A stretch of DNA of 63,688 nt, filler included. It is 5 parts of 5 records of this genome, joined end to end, with 100 filler letters (N's around TTAATTAATTAA, not from the genome) between each part and the next. Parts side by side here need not be neighbours in the genome. Positions count along the whole stretch, not along the records: positions 20,322 to 35,883 come from SRR20825019_556; 4 more parts are not named here. One strand, 5' to 3'. Positions 20,322 to 30,295 of the stretch are shown in pieces. The notes under the pieces were generated by a model. The model was not told the DNA's origin. It saw only the letters and a list, made by a program, of their open reading frames with translations, and did no database searches. Both the position numbers and the translations under genes were made by a program. How positions within the stretch are numbered: the stretch's first letter is position 1; the number at the start of each line of letters is the position of its first letter.

Positions 20322-22809
20322 CGCCTTTGTGCGCCGGGTGAAGGACAAAACTGTGCTCTTTCGTTTCGATACTGAAACAAATGAGCAAACGCCTGTATTT
20401 GACGGTCTTGATCGTGACCTGCAGGCCGAATTTATCGCGCAGGGCACTTTCTATCCGCAATATGGCTGGTTCCCCGACGGGCGACACGTAGCCATTTGGG
20501 CGGGCGGTAAAATCCAGAAAATAGATATGGAAAAGGGTACGGCTGAGGTGATCCCTTTCACCGCCAGCGCCGAACACCAGTTGGCAAAAGCCCCGCGTGT
20601 TAGCCACGAACTTGCGCCCGATGTGGTAACAGCCAAGGCTGTGCGCCAATTGGCGGCGACAGCAGGCGGTGATGACGTAGTGTTTCATGCCCTTGGGCAG
20701 CTTTGGCGCCAGGGCGCAGGGCAGGCCAAGGCCCGCCGTGTGAGCAGCAATGCAGGCCTCGAGTTTGAACCTGCTTTCGCGGCGGATGGAAAAACCATCG
20801 CCTATGTTCACTGGCGGGACGAGGAAGGCAGCCGCCTAAAGGTGCAGGCGCTGGAGGGGAGCACAAAAACCCTTTTGCATACCCGTGGCATGGTGCGTGA
20901 GCCGGCCTTCTCGCGTGATGGCAAAACATTGCTGTACCGCATTGAAGCAGGCAGCAAATGTATGGGCGGTTATGGCACCGATGTGGGCATCTATGCCTTG
21001 GATCTGGCAGGCGGCAACACCCGCCGGGTGCTGAAAACCGGGGAAGCACCTCAGTTTTCACCTGACGGCCGTCGCATCTATTTCACCACCAGCGAGTGGG
21101 GAGCCTCTGGCCAGATCACCCGTATCGAAAGCGTGAATGCAGCGGGGTTTGAACGCCGGGTGCATGCGGTGGCTTATGGCTCGGATACACTTGAGCTCAG
21201 CATCAGCCCGGACCTGAGCTGGATCGCCTTCAAGGAAAACCGCCAGTATTACGTCATGCCCTATATGGAAACAGGCACGCCTGCCGTGGTGTCATCTTCA
21301 GTAGATGGCGCACGTAAGCTTACCAGCCTCAGCGGCTATGACATCACCTGGACGGCGGATTCAAAAAGCCTTCACTGGGTGCTGGGCCAAAGTCTTTATA
21401 GCGCTGATGTTGGCGGTGGTGCCGCTTCGGTACAGGCCACGTTGGTGGCTGAGGCACCAGCACAAAAACCAAAAGGCATGATTGCCTTTACCGGTGGGCG
21501 TATCCTCACCATGCGCGGTGATGAGGTGATCGAGCGCGGCACGGTGCTTGTGGAAGGTGACCGCATCAAGGCTGTGGGCGCTGATATTGCCGTGCCTGCT
21601 GCGGCGAAAGTGGTTGATGTATCCGGCAAAACGCTGATGCCGGGCTTTGTGAACATGCATGGCCATCTGGAGGATTGTTATTATAGCTCTGTGGGCTTGA
21701 TGCCTGAAAAACAGCCCAGCCATTATGCCTCTCTCGCCTTTGGGGCCACCACCAACTATGACCCTTACGCGACCGAGTTGCCCAGCTACGCCATGAGCGA
21801 AATGCAGGCGGCTGGCAAAATGGTCGGCCCGCGCACCATCAGTGTTGGCGGTGTTGTGTATGGCAGGGCGGGCAAGGGCGACCCGGTGTATGAACCTATT
21901 TTCAGTCTCGGGGATGCAAACGCCCTGATGGCGCGCAAGCGTGCGCTTGGCGGCACCATTATCAAAAGCTATCGCCAGCCTATGCGGTCACAGCGGCAGA
22001 TGCTTGTGCGCGCGGGCCATGACGCCGGGGTGATGGTGGACATAGAAGGCGAGAGCCATTTCTATAACAACATCAGTGCGGTGATTGATGGCCACACGGC
22101 GCTTGAGCACAACTTCCCGGTGGCAACCCTTTATGATGATATCACCCAACTGATGGCGGCGGGCGATACCCCAAATACGCCCACCATTATCGCCACCTTT
22201 GGTGAATTTATGGGTGAAAACTTCCTCTATGCCCAAACACGTCCGTGGGAAGACGCCCGCATTCAGGCTTATGTGCCTGCGGTTACCAGCAGCTACAGCG
22301 CACTTGGTGTGCCCTATTCAGCGCCCGCATATGTGCGCGGCATGACCAGCCTGTCTGTCGCGGATGAGCTATGGGATGTGGGTTTTAAGTCGGTCGCGCG
22401 TTCGGTGGCGAAACTTGATGCCGCAGGTGCCACCATTAACGTGGGCTCGCATTCACAAATACAGGGGCTGGCAGTTCATTGGGAGATGTGGCTGATGGCC
22501 GAAGGCGGTATGGCAAATTCGCGCATTCTCAGGGCTGCCACCATGAGCGGTGCTACAACACTCGGGCTTGACGCGCAGATCGGTAGCCTTGAAGCAGGCA
22601 AGCTGGCCGACCTTATTGTGCTTGAGCGAAACCCGCTCGAGGACATCCGTAACACAGATAGCCTGATCTACACCGTGGTTGGCGGGCGCATCTATGACCC
22701 GGTGACCATGAATGAAGTGATTAGCGCTGAAGTACCACGCAGCAAGTTCTATTGGGAGCTGCCAGACTATCGCGGCATCGACTGGAACGAGGCTTGGGCG
22801 GGGCAATAG
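20322..22809 (+). CDS. amidohydrolase with N-terminal TolB/PD40 beta-propeller repeats; 5' truncated
   Basis: PAFSRDGK/PQFSPDGR repeats; GKTLMPGFVNMHGH; IGSLEAGKLADLIVL. Confidence 0.9.
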
Positions 22810-22923
22810 GGCCGCCGAACAGCCGGTGCATAAGCATCACCACGCGGCGCGTGGTTGGCGTCTCCTCACGGGCAGGTTGCCCCGTCACACTGACCTTCAA
22901 TTCTGTTGAAGTGAGGGGATATC

Positions 22924-23640
22924 ATGTCAGCAAAAGCAACAGGCGGCACAACCGCGCTCGCGCACACATGGGATAATGTGGGCAAGCACAGTTTTGTGCC
23001 CGAGCATTATGAGTTTTCAGACCAGAGCGCCCTGATGGCTTACATCAAAGCCGATCCGGTGGCGCAGATTTTTGCCACCCATGAAGGCGAGATGCACCTG
23101 ACCTCAGCCCCCTTCATTCATGCGCCCAAGCCGGGCAATGATACACGGCTTGCAGGCCATATTGCCGGGCGCAATGCCTATGGAGATGCCATCAAGGCGG
23201 GCGTGGAAGCTGTGGCACAGTTCATCAGCCCTGGTGCCTATATCTCACCGCGCTGGTTCCGAGAAAATATCACAGCACCCACTTTCAGCTATGTATCAGT
23301 GCAGGCGCGTGGACGCTTTGTGCCCATATTGGATGCGGACGAAACCCTGCTGATTTTGGCCAAAACGGTTGACCATATGGAAGCGCTGACAAGTGCCCAT
23401 GATGGTGCTGAACCGTGGTGCATGACCGCGCTCACTGCTGAGCAATTAATGCGTTATATCCCCATGGTGCAGGCGTTTTACTTTGAGGTAACCGCCCTTG
23501 AGGGCATCGCCCGGCTTAATCAGGAAAAAACGAAAGCCGATATGGAAGGCATTATTGAAGGGCTTTCCGGGCAGGGAAACGCAGGTGCCCAGCATATCGC
23601 CAGCCTGATGAATACCAACCTCAAGCGGGTGGCAAATTAA
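22924..23640 (+). CDS. PaiB-like FMN/heme-binding split-barrel protein
   Basis: LAGHIAGRN, AYISPRWF...PTFSYVSVQARG, RLNQEK. Confidence 0.85.
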   Translation: MSAKATGGTTALAHTWDNVGKHSFVPEHYEFSDQSALMAYIKADPVAQIFATHEGEMHLTSAPFIHAPKPGNDTRLAGHIAGRNAYGDAIKAGVEAVAQFISPGAYISPRWFRENITAPTFSYVSVQARGRFVPILDADETLLILAKTVDHMEALTSAHDGAEPWCMTALTAEQLMRYIPMVQAFYFEVTALEGIARLNQEKTKADMEGIIEGLSGQGNAGAQHIASLMNTNLKRVAN

Positions 23641-23879
23641 CCTCTTCCCTTAATACGGTGCGCGATGGTCACCGCTTATGGCTTGCTTCGCACCTTCCCG
23701 AGAAGCGTCGTGTTCCTTACTCATTTCACCATGCCCGTGGCCTCAAAACAGAAGGGGTGGCCACAAGGGGCAAAGTAGAGAGCAGGGGGATGTGAGGGAT
23801 GAAGCATCCAGCCAGGCGCCAGTAGGCCGCAATAAGCCGCAGCCGCGACAGGAACAAAGAAAAAGAATTGGAGTAATCT

Positions 23880-25253
23880 ATGTCTAGCGTTGAGCGAAAT
23901 ACCAAAGAGTGGCAAGACCTGGACGTTGCCCACCATCTGCACCCGTTTACCGACCCAAAGTATTTTGACACCAAGGGCCCGCTGGTGGTGACCCGCGCAG
24001 AAGGGTGCTATGTGTGGGATTCGAACGGCCGCAAGATACTGGACGGCATGGCTGGCCTGTGGTGCGTGAACGTTGGTTATGGCCGAAAGGAACTGATCGA
24101 CGCTTCCCACAAGCAGATGCAGGAACTGGCGTATTATAACGTCTTTTTCCAAAGCTCTACACCACCGCAGATCGAGCTTTCCCGCGTGTTGGCGGAGCTG
24201 ACACCGGGTGACCTCAATCACTTCTTCTTTACCAACTCAGGCTCCGAAGCCAATGACACCATCATCCGTATGGTGCGCCACTTCTGGGAAGTGGAAGGCA
24301 AGCCCGAGAAGCATATTTTCATCGGCCGCACGCTCGGCTACCACGGCAGCACGCTTGCGGCCACCAGCCTTGGCGGCATGCAGGCCATGCACGACATGGG
24401 CAAATCTCTTTTGCCGGGGTTTGAGCACATCATGCACCCCCACCATTTCGCAAATGGCAACGGGCAGACCCGTGAAGCCTTTGGTATCAAGGCGGCACAA
24501 GCGCTTGAAGAAAAAATTCTTGAACTGGGTGCCGAGAATGTTGCCGCCTTTGTTGCAGAACCTGTGCAGGGCGCGGGCGGTGTGATTGAACCACCGGCCA
24601 CCTATTGGCCCGAAATTCAGCGTATCTGTAAAAAATATGATGTACTTCTGGTGGCGGATGAGGTGATTTGCGGTTTTGGTCGGCTGGGGCACTGGTTCGG
24701 CTCTCAGGCATACGGCATTGAGCCTGACCTGATGCCGATGGCCAAGGGCCTGTCGTCTGGTTATCTGCCTATCGCCGCCGTGGCTTATAGCGCCCGCATC
24801 CAGAAGGGCCTGCAAAAGGGCGGTCTGTTCTCGCATGGGTATACCTATTCCGGCCATCCGGTGGCTTGTGCTGTGGCGCTGGCCAACATCAAGCTGATCA
24901 AGGACGATAAGCTCATTGAGCTTGTGCACGATGAGACCGCACCTTATTTCCGCAAACGCCTGAACGAGGCCGTTGCTGGCCACAAGCTGGTGGGTGAAGT
25001 GCGCGGCGCGGGTCTGCTTGCTGGTGTGCAGTTGGTGAAGGACAAGAAAACCGGTGAGCTGTTCGATGCGGCGGAAAATGTGGCGGTGCGTTGCCGTGAC
25101 CGCTGCCTTGAGCGCGGCCTTATCATGCGCGCTGTTGGCCAGTCCATGGTAGCGAGCCCGCCGCTGATTATAACCAAGGGCGAAATCGACGATATGATTG
25201 ATATCCTGATCGCGAGCCTTGACCAAACAGCTAAAGACATGGGGCTGGCATAA
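23880..25253 (+). CDS. class III PLP aminotransferase (putrescine/omega-amino acid:pyruvate, SpuC-like)
   Basis: HLHPFT, DGMAGLWC, NSGSEAND, VADEVICGFGRLG, MAKGLSSGY, HGYTYSGHP. Confidence 0.92.
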   Translation: MSSVERNTKEWQDLDVAHHLHPFTDPKYFDTKGPLVVTRAEGCYVWDSNGRKILDGMAGLWCVNVGYGRKELIDASHKQMQELAYYNVFFQSSTPPQIELSRVLAELTPGDLNHFFFTNSGSEANDTIIRMVRHFWEVEGKPEKHIFIGRTLGYHGSTLAATSLGGMQAMHDMGKSLLPGFEHIMHPHHFANGNGQTREAFGIKAAQALEEKILELGAENVAAFVAEPVQGAGGVIEPPATYWPEIQRICKKYDVLLVADEVICGFGRLGHWFGSQAYGIEPDLMPMAKGLSSGYLPIAAVAYSARIQKGLQKGGLFSHGYTYSGHPVACAVALANIKLIKDDKLIELVHDETAPYFRKRLNEAVAGHKLVGEVRGAGLLAGVQLVKDKKTGELFDAAENVAVRCRDRCLERGLIMRAVGQSMVASPPLIITKGEIDDMIDILIASLDQTAKDMGLA

Positions 25254-26734
25254 TGGCTGCCCCGGCTGATGGTGCCCATGCGCCTGCACGTTCGCTAGCG
25301 CTTTCATCCCCACTGCACAAGGCGGTACTTCGCCGCGCATACAAGAGTGGTGCAAGCTTCCCGGTCCTCAACCCCGCAACGGGCGAGCATCTGGCTGATG
25401 TGGCGGAGATGGGACCGAAAGATGTTAATGCCGCTGTTGCGGGCGCGAAAGCGGCCATGGCTATCTGGTCCCAAAAAACAGCGAAGGAACGGGCCGCAAC
25501 CCTGATGGCGTGGCATGGGCTTATCATGTGCCACCAGGAAGAACTGGCCGAGTTGCTGACGCTTGAGATGGGCAAGCCACTCGCGGAAGCGCGGGGTGAG
25601 GTTGCACACGGCGCATCCTATATCGTGTGGTTCGCGGAAGAAGCCAAACGGTTATACGGTGACATTATCCCGACAAATGACCAGAACCGCCGTCTGCTGG
25701 TGATCAAACAGCCTGTGGGTGTTGTGGCGGCCATCACGCCGTGGAACTTCCCAAGCGCCATGATCACGCGGAAGATAGCACCCGCGCTGGCTGCGGGCTG
25801 CACTGCCGTGGTGAAACCAGCAGAAGATACACCGCTTTCTGCCCTTGCGCTGGCGATCTTGGCCGAGGAAGCAGGCTTCCCTGAAGGGGCCGTGAATGTG
25901 GTGACTTGCAAGAACCCTGCGGATGTTGCCAAGGCGCTCACTGACCATGACGACGTGCGCAAACTTTCCTTCACCGGCTCAACCCGTGTGGGCAAGTTGT
26001 TGATGCGCCAGTGCGCCGATACGGTGAAAAAAATATCGCTGGAGCTGGGCGGCAACGCGCCTTTCATCGTGTTTGATGATGCGGATATTGATGCAGCCGT
26101 GGCGGGTGCCATGATGGCGAAATACCGCAATGCAGGGCAAACCTGTATCAGCGCCAACCGCTTTTATGTGCAAGCCGGGGTGCGGGAAGAATTTGCCTTC
26201 AAGCTGGCTGAAGCTGTCTCAAGGCTCAAGATGGGCAATGGGGCAGAAGACGGCACGACCGTTGGCCCGCTTATCAACCCCGGCGCGGTTGCCAAGGTGG
26301 ACGGTCTCGTGCGCGGCGCGTGTGCAAGTGGTGCCACCATTGTGCTGGGCGGCAAGCCGGGCGTGATGGGGGAAAATTTTTATGAACCCACTGTGCTCAC
26401 AGGGGTAACGCCCGATATGACCATCAGCCAGAATGAGATTTTTGGCCCTGTGGCTGCTATCTACCCGTTTGAGGAAGAAGGCGATGCCATCATCATGGCG
26501 AATGATACACCATACGGCCTTGCGGCCTATGTTTATACCCGCGATATGGGCCGCATCTGGCGCGTATCCGAAGCGCTTGAATACGGCATGGTTGGCATCA
26601 ATGACGGCACCTTCTCAAGCGAGGCTGCCCCCTTTGGCGGGGTCAAACAATCCGGTATCGGGCGTGAAGGTTCAAAATACGGTCTCGATGATTTTGTTGA
26701 GATCAAATACATCAGCATGGCGGGGCTTGCCTGA
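25253..26734 (+). CDS. gabD: NAD(P)-dependent succinate-semialdehyde dehydrogenase
   Basis: ITPWNFP, SFTGST, LELGGNAPF, RNAGQTC, EIFGPV, PFGGVKQSGIGREGS. Confidence 0.92.
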   Translation: MAAPADGAHAPARSLALSSPLHKAVLRRAYKSGASFPVLNPATGEHLADVAEMGPKDVNAAVAGAKAAMAIWSQKTAKERAATLMAWHGLIMCHQEELAELLTLEMGKPLAEARGEVAHGASYIVWFAEEAKRLYGDIIPTNDQNRRLLVIKQPVGVVAAITPWNFPSAMITRKIAPALAAGCTAVVKPAEDTPLSALALAILAEEAGFPEGAVNVVTCKNPADVAKALTDHDDVRKLSFTGSTRVGKLLMRQCADTVKKISLELGGNAPFIVFDDADIDAAVAGAMMAKYRNAGQTCISANRFYVQAGVREEFAFKLAEAVSRLKMGNGAEDGTTVGPLINPGAVAKVDGLVRGACASGATIVLGGKPGVMGENFYEPTVLTGVTPDMTISQNEIFGPVAAIYPFEEEGDAIIMANDTPYGLAAYVYTRDMGRIWRVSEALEYGMVGINDGTFSSEAAPFGGVKQSGIGREGSKYGLDDFVEIKYISMAGLA

Positions 26735-28098
26735 TGGTGGTGAGGTCGCTGGTTATCGCTTCCGCACTGGTCGCTGCTGGCCCCGCCCCCGCACGTGCTG
26801 ATGACGGCCCAGCCTTATCAGAGGTTCTGGCATTGGTGCGTGCTCAGGCTGCGGAGATTGCGGCGTTGAAGGTGCGGCTCGTGGCGCTTGAGGCTGATGA
26901 AGGGGCGCCTGCACCGGTTTTGGTGACAGACCGTGCATCTGGCCGCATATCCGAGCGGGCCACTCCTGCTCTGGCGCCCGCTCCGGTCGCGGATGAAGCG
27001 CTTGCCCCTGTTCCTGCGTCTGTGGGTGAACCCTCTGGTTTTTCCATCAAGCCCCGAGGTCGTATTGAGGCGGACACTGTGGCATACCATAGCCGCGATG
27101 GCCGCGCCTATGATGACGGTGCCGGTTTCCGCCGCGCGCGGCTTGGGGTGCAGGGCACGCTGCCGGGGAGCTTCAAGTATCAGATTGAGGCAGATTTCGC
27201 AGGCGGTGACAAAGCCAAGCTTGATGATACCTACCTGCGCTACAGCGGGATAGAAGGCACCGATATCACCATCGGCTTTCACAAGATTTATCATTCGCTT
27301 GATTCCGCAACCAGTGACCTTGATGTGAGCTTCATGGAGCGCAGCATGGTCTCCAATGCTTTTGAAGTGGGCGCTGGCGGCAAGATGGGCCTGTCTGCGC
27401 TCACCAGCGGGCCTAACTGGTCTGTGCAATATGGTGTGATGCTCTCAAGCCCCAACTCGGGTGATGCGGACAAGGACGGCTGGTCTTTGGCGGGACGTGC
27501 CACTTATGCGCCGGTTATGGCGGAAGGCCGCCTGCTGCATGTGGGCGTGTCTGCTTATGTGCGCCATGAGGATGATGAGTTGGTCAGCTTCTCGGACAGG
27601 CCCGAGATCAGGAACGACAGCTTCAAGCCCTATGACAGTGGCACGGTTGCAGCCTCGCACTACAGCTATCTGGGTGGGGAGGTGGCTACCAGCTATGGGC
27701 CGCTCACCCTGCAGGGCGAGATATCCCGCATGCAGACAAGTGCCAGTACAGGTGACCACAACTTCTGGGGCACCACCCTTCAGGCCAGCTATATGCTGAC
27801 AGGCGAGAGCAAGCCTTACTCAGGCGGTAAAGGTGCCTTTGGCAGGCTGAAGCCTCACCGGGCCATGGGCGAGGGCGGTTTTGGTGCGGTTGAGCTGGCG
27901 CTGCGCTTCAGCCACCTTGATGTGCGTGACGGCGGCACTGGCACAGTGGGGGATACACTCACACTCGGCCTCAACTGGTATATGACAGACGCTGTGCGGC
28001 TGATGATCAACGCGGTTGACTTCGGTGCCAAAGCCAGTGGCGGCATCATCACAGCCAAAGGCCAGGCGTATGGCATGCGTGCGCAGGTACGGTGGTAA
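26734..28098 (+). CDS. OprO/OprP-family anion-selective porin
   Basis: signal peptide, coiled segment, FRRARLG, FMERS, GAVELALRFS, LGLNWY, terminal W. Confidence 0.88.
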   Translation: MVVRSLVIASALVAAGPAPARADDGPALSEVLALVRAQAAEIAALKVRLVALEADEGAPAPVLVTDRASGRISERATPALAPAPVADEALAPVPASVGEPSGFSIKPRGRIEADTVAYHSRDGRAYDDGAGFRRARLGVQGTLPGSFKYQIEADFAGGDKAKLDDTYLRYSGIEGTDITIGFHKIYHSLDSATSDLDVSFMERSMVSNAFEVGAGGKMGLSALTSGPNWSVQYGVMLSSPNSGDADKDGWSLAGRATYAPVMAEGRLLHVGVSAYVRHEDDELVSFSDRPEIRNDSFKPYDSGTVAASHYSYLGGEVATSYGPLTLQGEISRMQTSASTGDHNFWGTTLQASYMLTGESKPYSGGKGAFGRLKPHRAMGEGGFGAVELALRFSHLDVRDGGTGTVGDTLTLGLNWYMTDAVRLMINAVDFGAKASGGIITAKGQAYGMRAQVRW

Positions 28099-28099
28099 G

Positions 28100-29215
28100 A
28101 TGATGATATCTCGCAATACTCTATCCGGGCTGGCGGCCAGCGCTGCAGCCTTTTGTGAAGGTGTGATGGCCGACGACAAGCCCCGGTTTGATATCGGTGC
28201 GGCTTATACGGCGGATTACTGGACCATCGCGCGCGGGGAGGTGCATGACAGCCGCTACCTTGATAACCTTGATCTCACGCTCGGCTGGCAACCTTTGGGC
28301 GAGGACGGCCCCAGCGTTTTCCTCTATGGTCTTTATAATAATGGTACCGGCTTCTCGTCAGAGCTCGCAGGTGATGCCCAGGTGATCAGCAATATCGAGA
28401 CACCGGTGCGGGCAGCCCGGCTGTATGAAGCCTGGGTCGAGCAACCTTTCCTGAAGGGGCGGGGCAGTATCAAGCTCGGGCTTTATGATCTCAATTCGGA
28501 GTTTGATGCGCTGGATAGCGCAGGCCTGTTTATCGCCAGCGCCCACGGCATTGGCACAGACATCAGCCAAACCGGCCAGAATGGCCCGTCGATCTTCCCC
28601 ATCACCTCACTCGCCGCTCGGCTTAGTGTGGATATCCATGATGACATCACCGCGCGTTTTGCTGTGCTGGATGCTGTACCGGGAGATGTGGACCACCCAA
28701 AGCGTACCACCATCAAGCTTGGGGGTGGTGAAGGTGCCCTGATGATCGGAGAGCTGGAATACCGCACAGGTGATGCCAAGTTCCTCCTTGGTCACTGGCG
28801 CTACAGCGCTGACTTTGACGCTCATGACGGCAGCACAGATGGCGGTAACGCGGGCACCTATATCCGCGGGGAGTGGGCTGCGACAGACGACACAACCGTG
28901 TTTGCAAGGCTTGGCCAGGCAGCAGGGCGCTTTAACACCTTCAGCCGCTTCTTTGGTGGTGGCATCAACCACACGGGCATCTGGCAGGAGGCTGACCAGC
29001 TTGGCTTTGCCGTCGCATGGGCGGAATTGTCAGAGGGTTACCAGCAAGGCAACCCCACAGCCAACAGCCGCGAGGTGGCGCTTGAGCTCACCTACAGGGC
29101 TGACCTCACCAACTGGCTCTCTTTCCAGCCTGATATCCAGTATATCATCAACCCGCTGGAAGGCTCCCAAAACGTGCTCGCCATTGGCTTAAGAGCGACG
29201 GCTGAGATAAACTGA
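28100..29215 (+). CDS. OprB-family carbohydrate porin
   Basis: YLDNLDL, RLYEAWVEQ, DLNSEF, GPSIFP, ELTYR, QPDIQYIINP. Confidence 0.88.
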   Translation: MMISRNTLSGLAASAAAFCEGVMADDKPRFDIGAAYTADYWTIARGEVHDSRYLDNLDLTLGWQPLGEDGPSVFLYGLYNNGTGFSSELAGDAQVISNIETPVRAARLYEAWVEQPFLKGRGSIKLGLYDLNSEFDALDSAGLFIASAHGIGTDISQTGQNGPSIFPITSLAARLSVDIHDDITARFAVLDAVPGDVDHPKRTTIKLGGGEGALMIGELEYRTGDAKFLLGHWRYSADFDAHDGSTDGGNAGTYIRGEWAATDDTTVFARLGQAAGRFNTFSRFFGGGINHTGIWQEADQLGFAVAWAELSEGYQQGNPTANSREVALELTYRADLTNWLSFQPDIQYIINPLEGSQNVLAIGLRATAEIN

Positions 29216-29253
29216 AACTGAGGTGATGTAGGCGGATTCTGCCGATTCGATGC

Positions 29254-29277
29254 GGTGTTTTGCCTACATATAACACC
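29254..29277. promoter_or_regulatory. possible second YtrA-type operator
   Basis: GGTGTT-N12-AACACC, same 24-bp geometry as the site at 29386. Confidence 0.45.
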
Positions 29278-29385
29278 CCCGTACAAAAATGCGGTTTTTG
29301 GCGCTAGAAAATAAATCATTTAAAAACAGTACCTTAACTTATTTTTTATGATTTTTATCATCATCAGGCTTGTCAACGGCGATTA

Positions 29386-29409
29386 GGTGTTATACATAAC
29401 TAATACACC
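29386..29409 (+). promoter_or_regulatory. palindromic GntR(YtrA)-type operator overlapping a putative promoter
   Basis: GGTGTTATACATAACTAATACACC palindrome just downstream of TTGTCA (-35-like, 29370). Confidence 0.7.
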
Positions 29410-29780
29410 GGCACGATAAAACGCCCAAACAGACACAAAGCGCCACCCAAGCACGGCGGAATAAGTGAAGAGGGCACAGCGAGGAAACAGCCGGTGACGG
29501 GACACGGTAAAAATACCGGCCCGAGTGACGAGAGCGAGATAAAAATAATACCGCGAGAGACCCGTCACGACAGCGAGGAAGAGAGCAGGGGGCCGGATAA
29601 TAATGGCAAAAGCCGACCGGCCCCCAGGGCTCTCAAGCGAGGACCAGAGTAACAAAGCGAATAAGGCAAAAGCCAACGCTTTATAAAAAACAAACGACAG
29701 CACAAACATGGCGATAAGCCGGGATAACCCGGCAGCCCAAACAAAACAAAAGCCCAATAAAAAGAAGCGAGGAGATAACA
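29410..29780 (+). ncRNA. putative structured U-poor leader RNA
   Basis: about 27 T in 370 nt; several perfect stems; 4x AGCGAGGA; 2x GGCAAAAGCC. Confidence 0.55.
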
Positions 29781-29912
29781 ATGTCAAAACGGTCATATCA
29801 TCATGCAAAACGGTCCCATCGTCGCATTCGCAGGCTTGCCCGCGAAGCGAGCCGTATGGCGCCTCTCGGTGCAGGCCGGGCCGCAGCAACATCAACTGCA
29901 GCTTTTGTTTAA
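29781..29912 (+). CDS. 43-aa Arg/His-rich small protein (not in ORF track)
   Basis: GAGGAG RBS 6 nt before ATG; MSKRSYHHAKRSHRRIRRLAREASRMAPLGAGRAAATSTAAFV; ends 12 nt before gntR. Confidence 0.55.
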   Translation: MSKRSYHHAKRSHRRIRRLAREASRMAPLGAGRAAATSTAAFV

Positions 29913-29924
29913 GGGGAAGAGCAT

Positions 29925-30284
29925 ATGACGCCGGATTGGACGGATGACCAGCCGATCTACCGGCAACTGAAGGACAAGGTAGTTACGGCCATTATGGAAG
30001 GCTCTCTCCGCGAGGGTGAAGCCCTTCCGTCGGTACGTAACGTAGCTGTGGATTTGCAAATAAATCCAATCACTGCCTCAAAAGCCTATCAGGAGCTGGT
30101 AATGGACGGTTTGGTAGAAAAACGACGCGGGCTTGGTATGTTCGTGGTCGATGGCGCACGGGATCGGCTCACAGAAGCCGAGCGTGATCGCTTTCTAAAC
30201 GAAGAATGGCCCCGCGTGCTGGAAACAATCCGCCGCCTTGGGCTCAACACTGAAGAACTGCTGAAAAGCAGCAAGAACCATTAA
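29925..30284 (+). CDS. GntR family (YtrA subfamily) regulator
   Basis: PIYRQL...LPSVR...INPITASKAYQEL...RRGLGMFV; short; followed by ABC genes. Confidence 0.93.
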   Translation: MTPDWTDDQPIYRQLKDKVVTAIMEGSLREGEALPSVRNVAVDLQINPITASKAYQELVMDGLVEKRRGLGMFVVDGARDRLTEAERDRFLNEEWPRVLETIRRLGLNTEELLKSSKNH

Positions 30285-30295
30285 GGGAGGCAGAT

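Noticed and set aside
24237-25355. Long antisense ORFs (also 2746-3708, 3908-4672, 7810-8574)
   Set aside because: Shadows of well-supported GC-rich genes on the opposite strand
29581-29682. GGCAAAAGCC hairpins as a c-di-GMP-I (GEMM) riboswitch
   Set aside because: Only superficially like GGCAAACC; I could not find the GNRA tetraloop/receptor two-stem architecture
29470-29780. AGCGAGGA repeats as a CRISPR array
   Set aside because: Repeats are 8 nt with irregular spacing and there are no cas genes
29383-29895. 170-aa hydrophobic minus-strand ORF
   Set aside because: Likely a by-product of the A-rich/T-poor plus strand (few minus-strand stops, many Phe/Leu codons); it runs antisense through the operator and has no recognisable family
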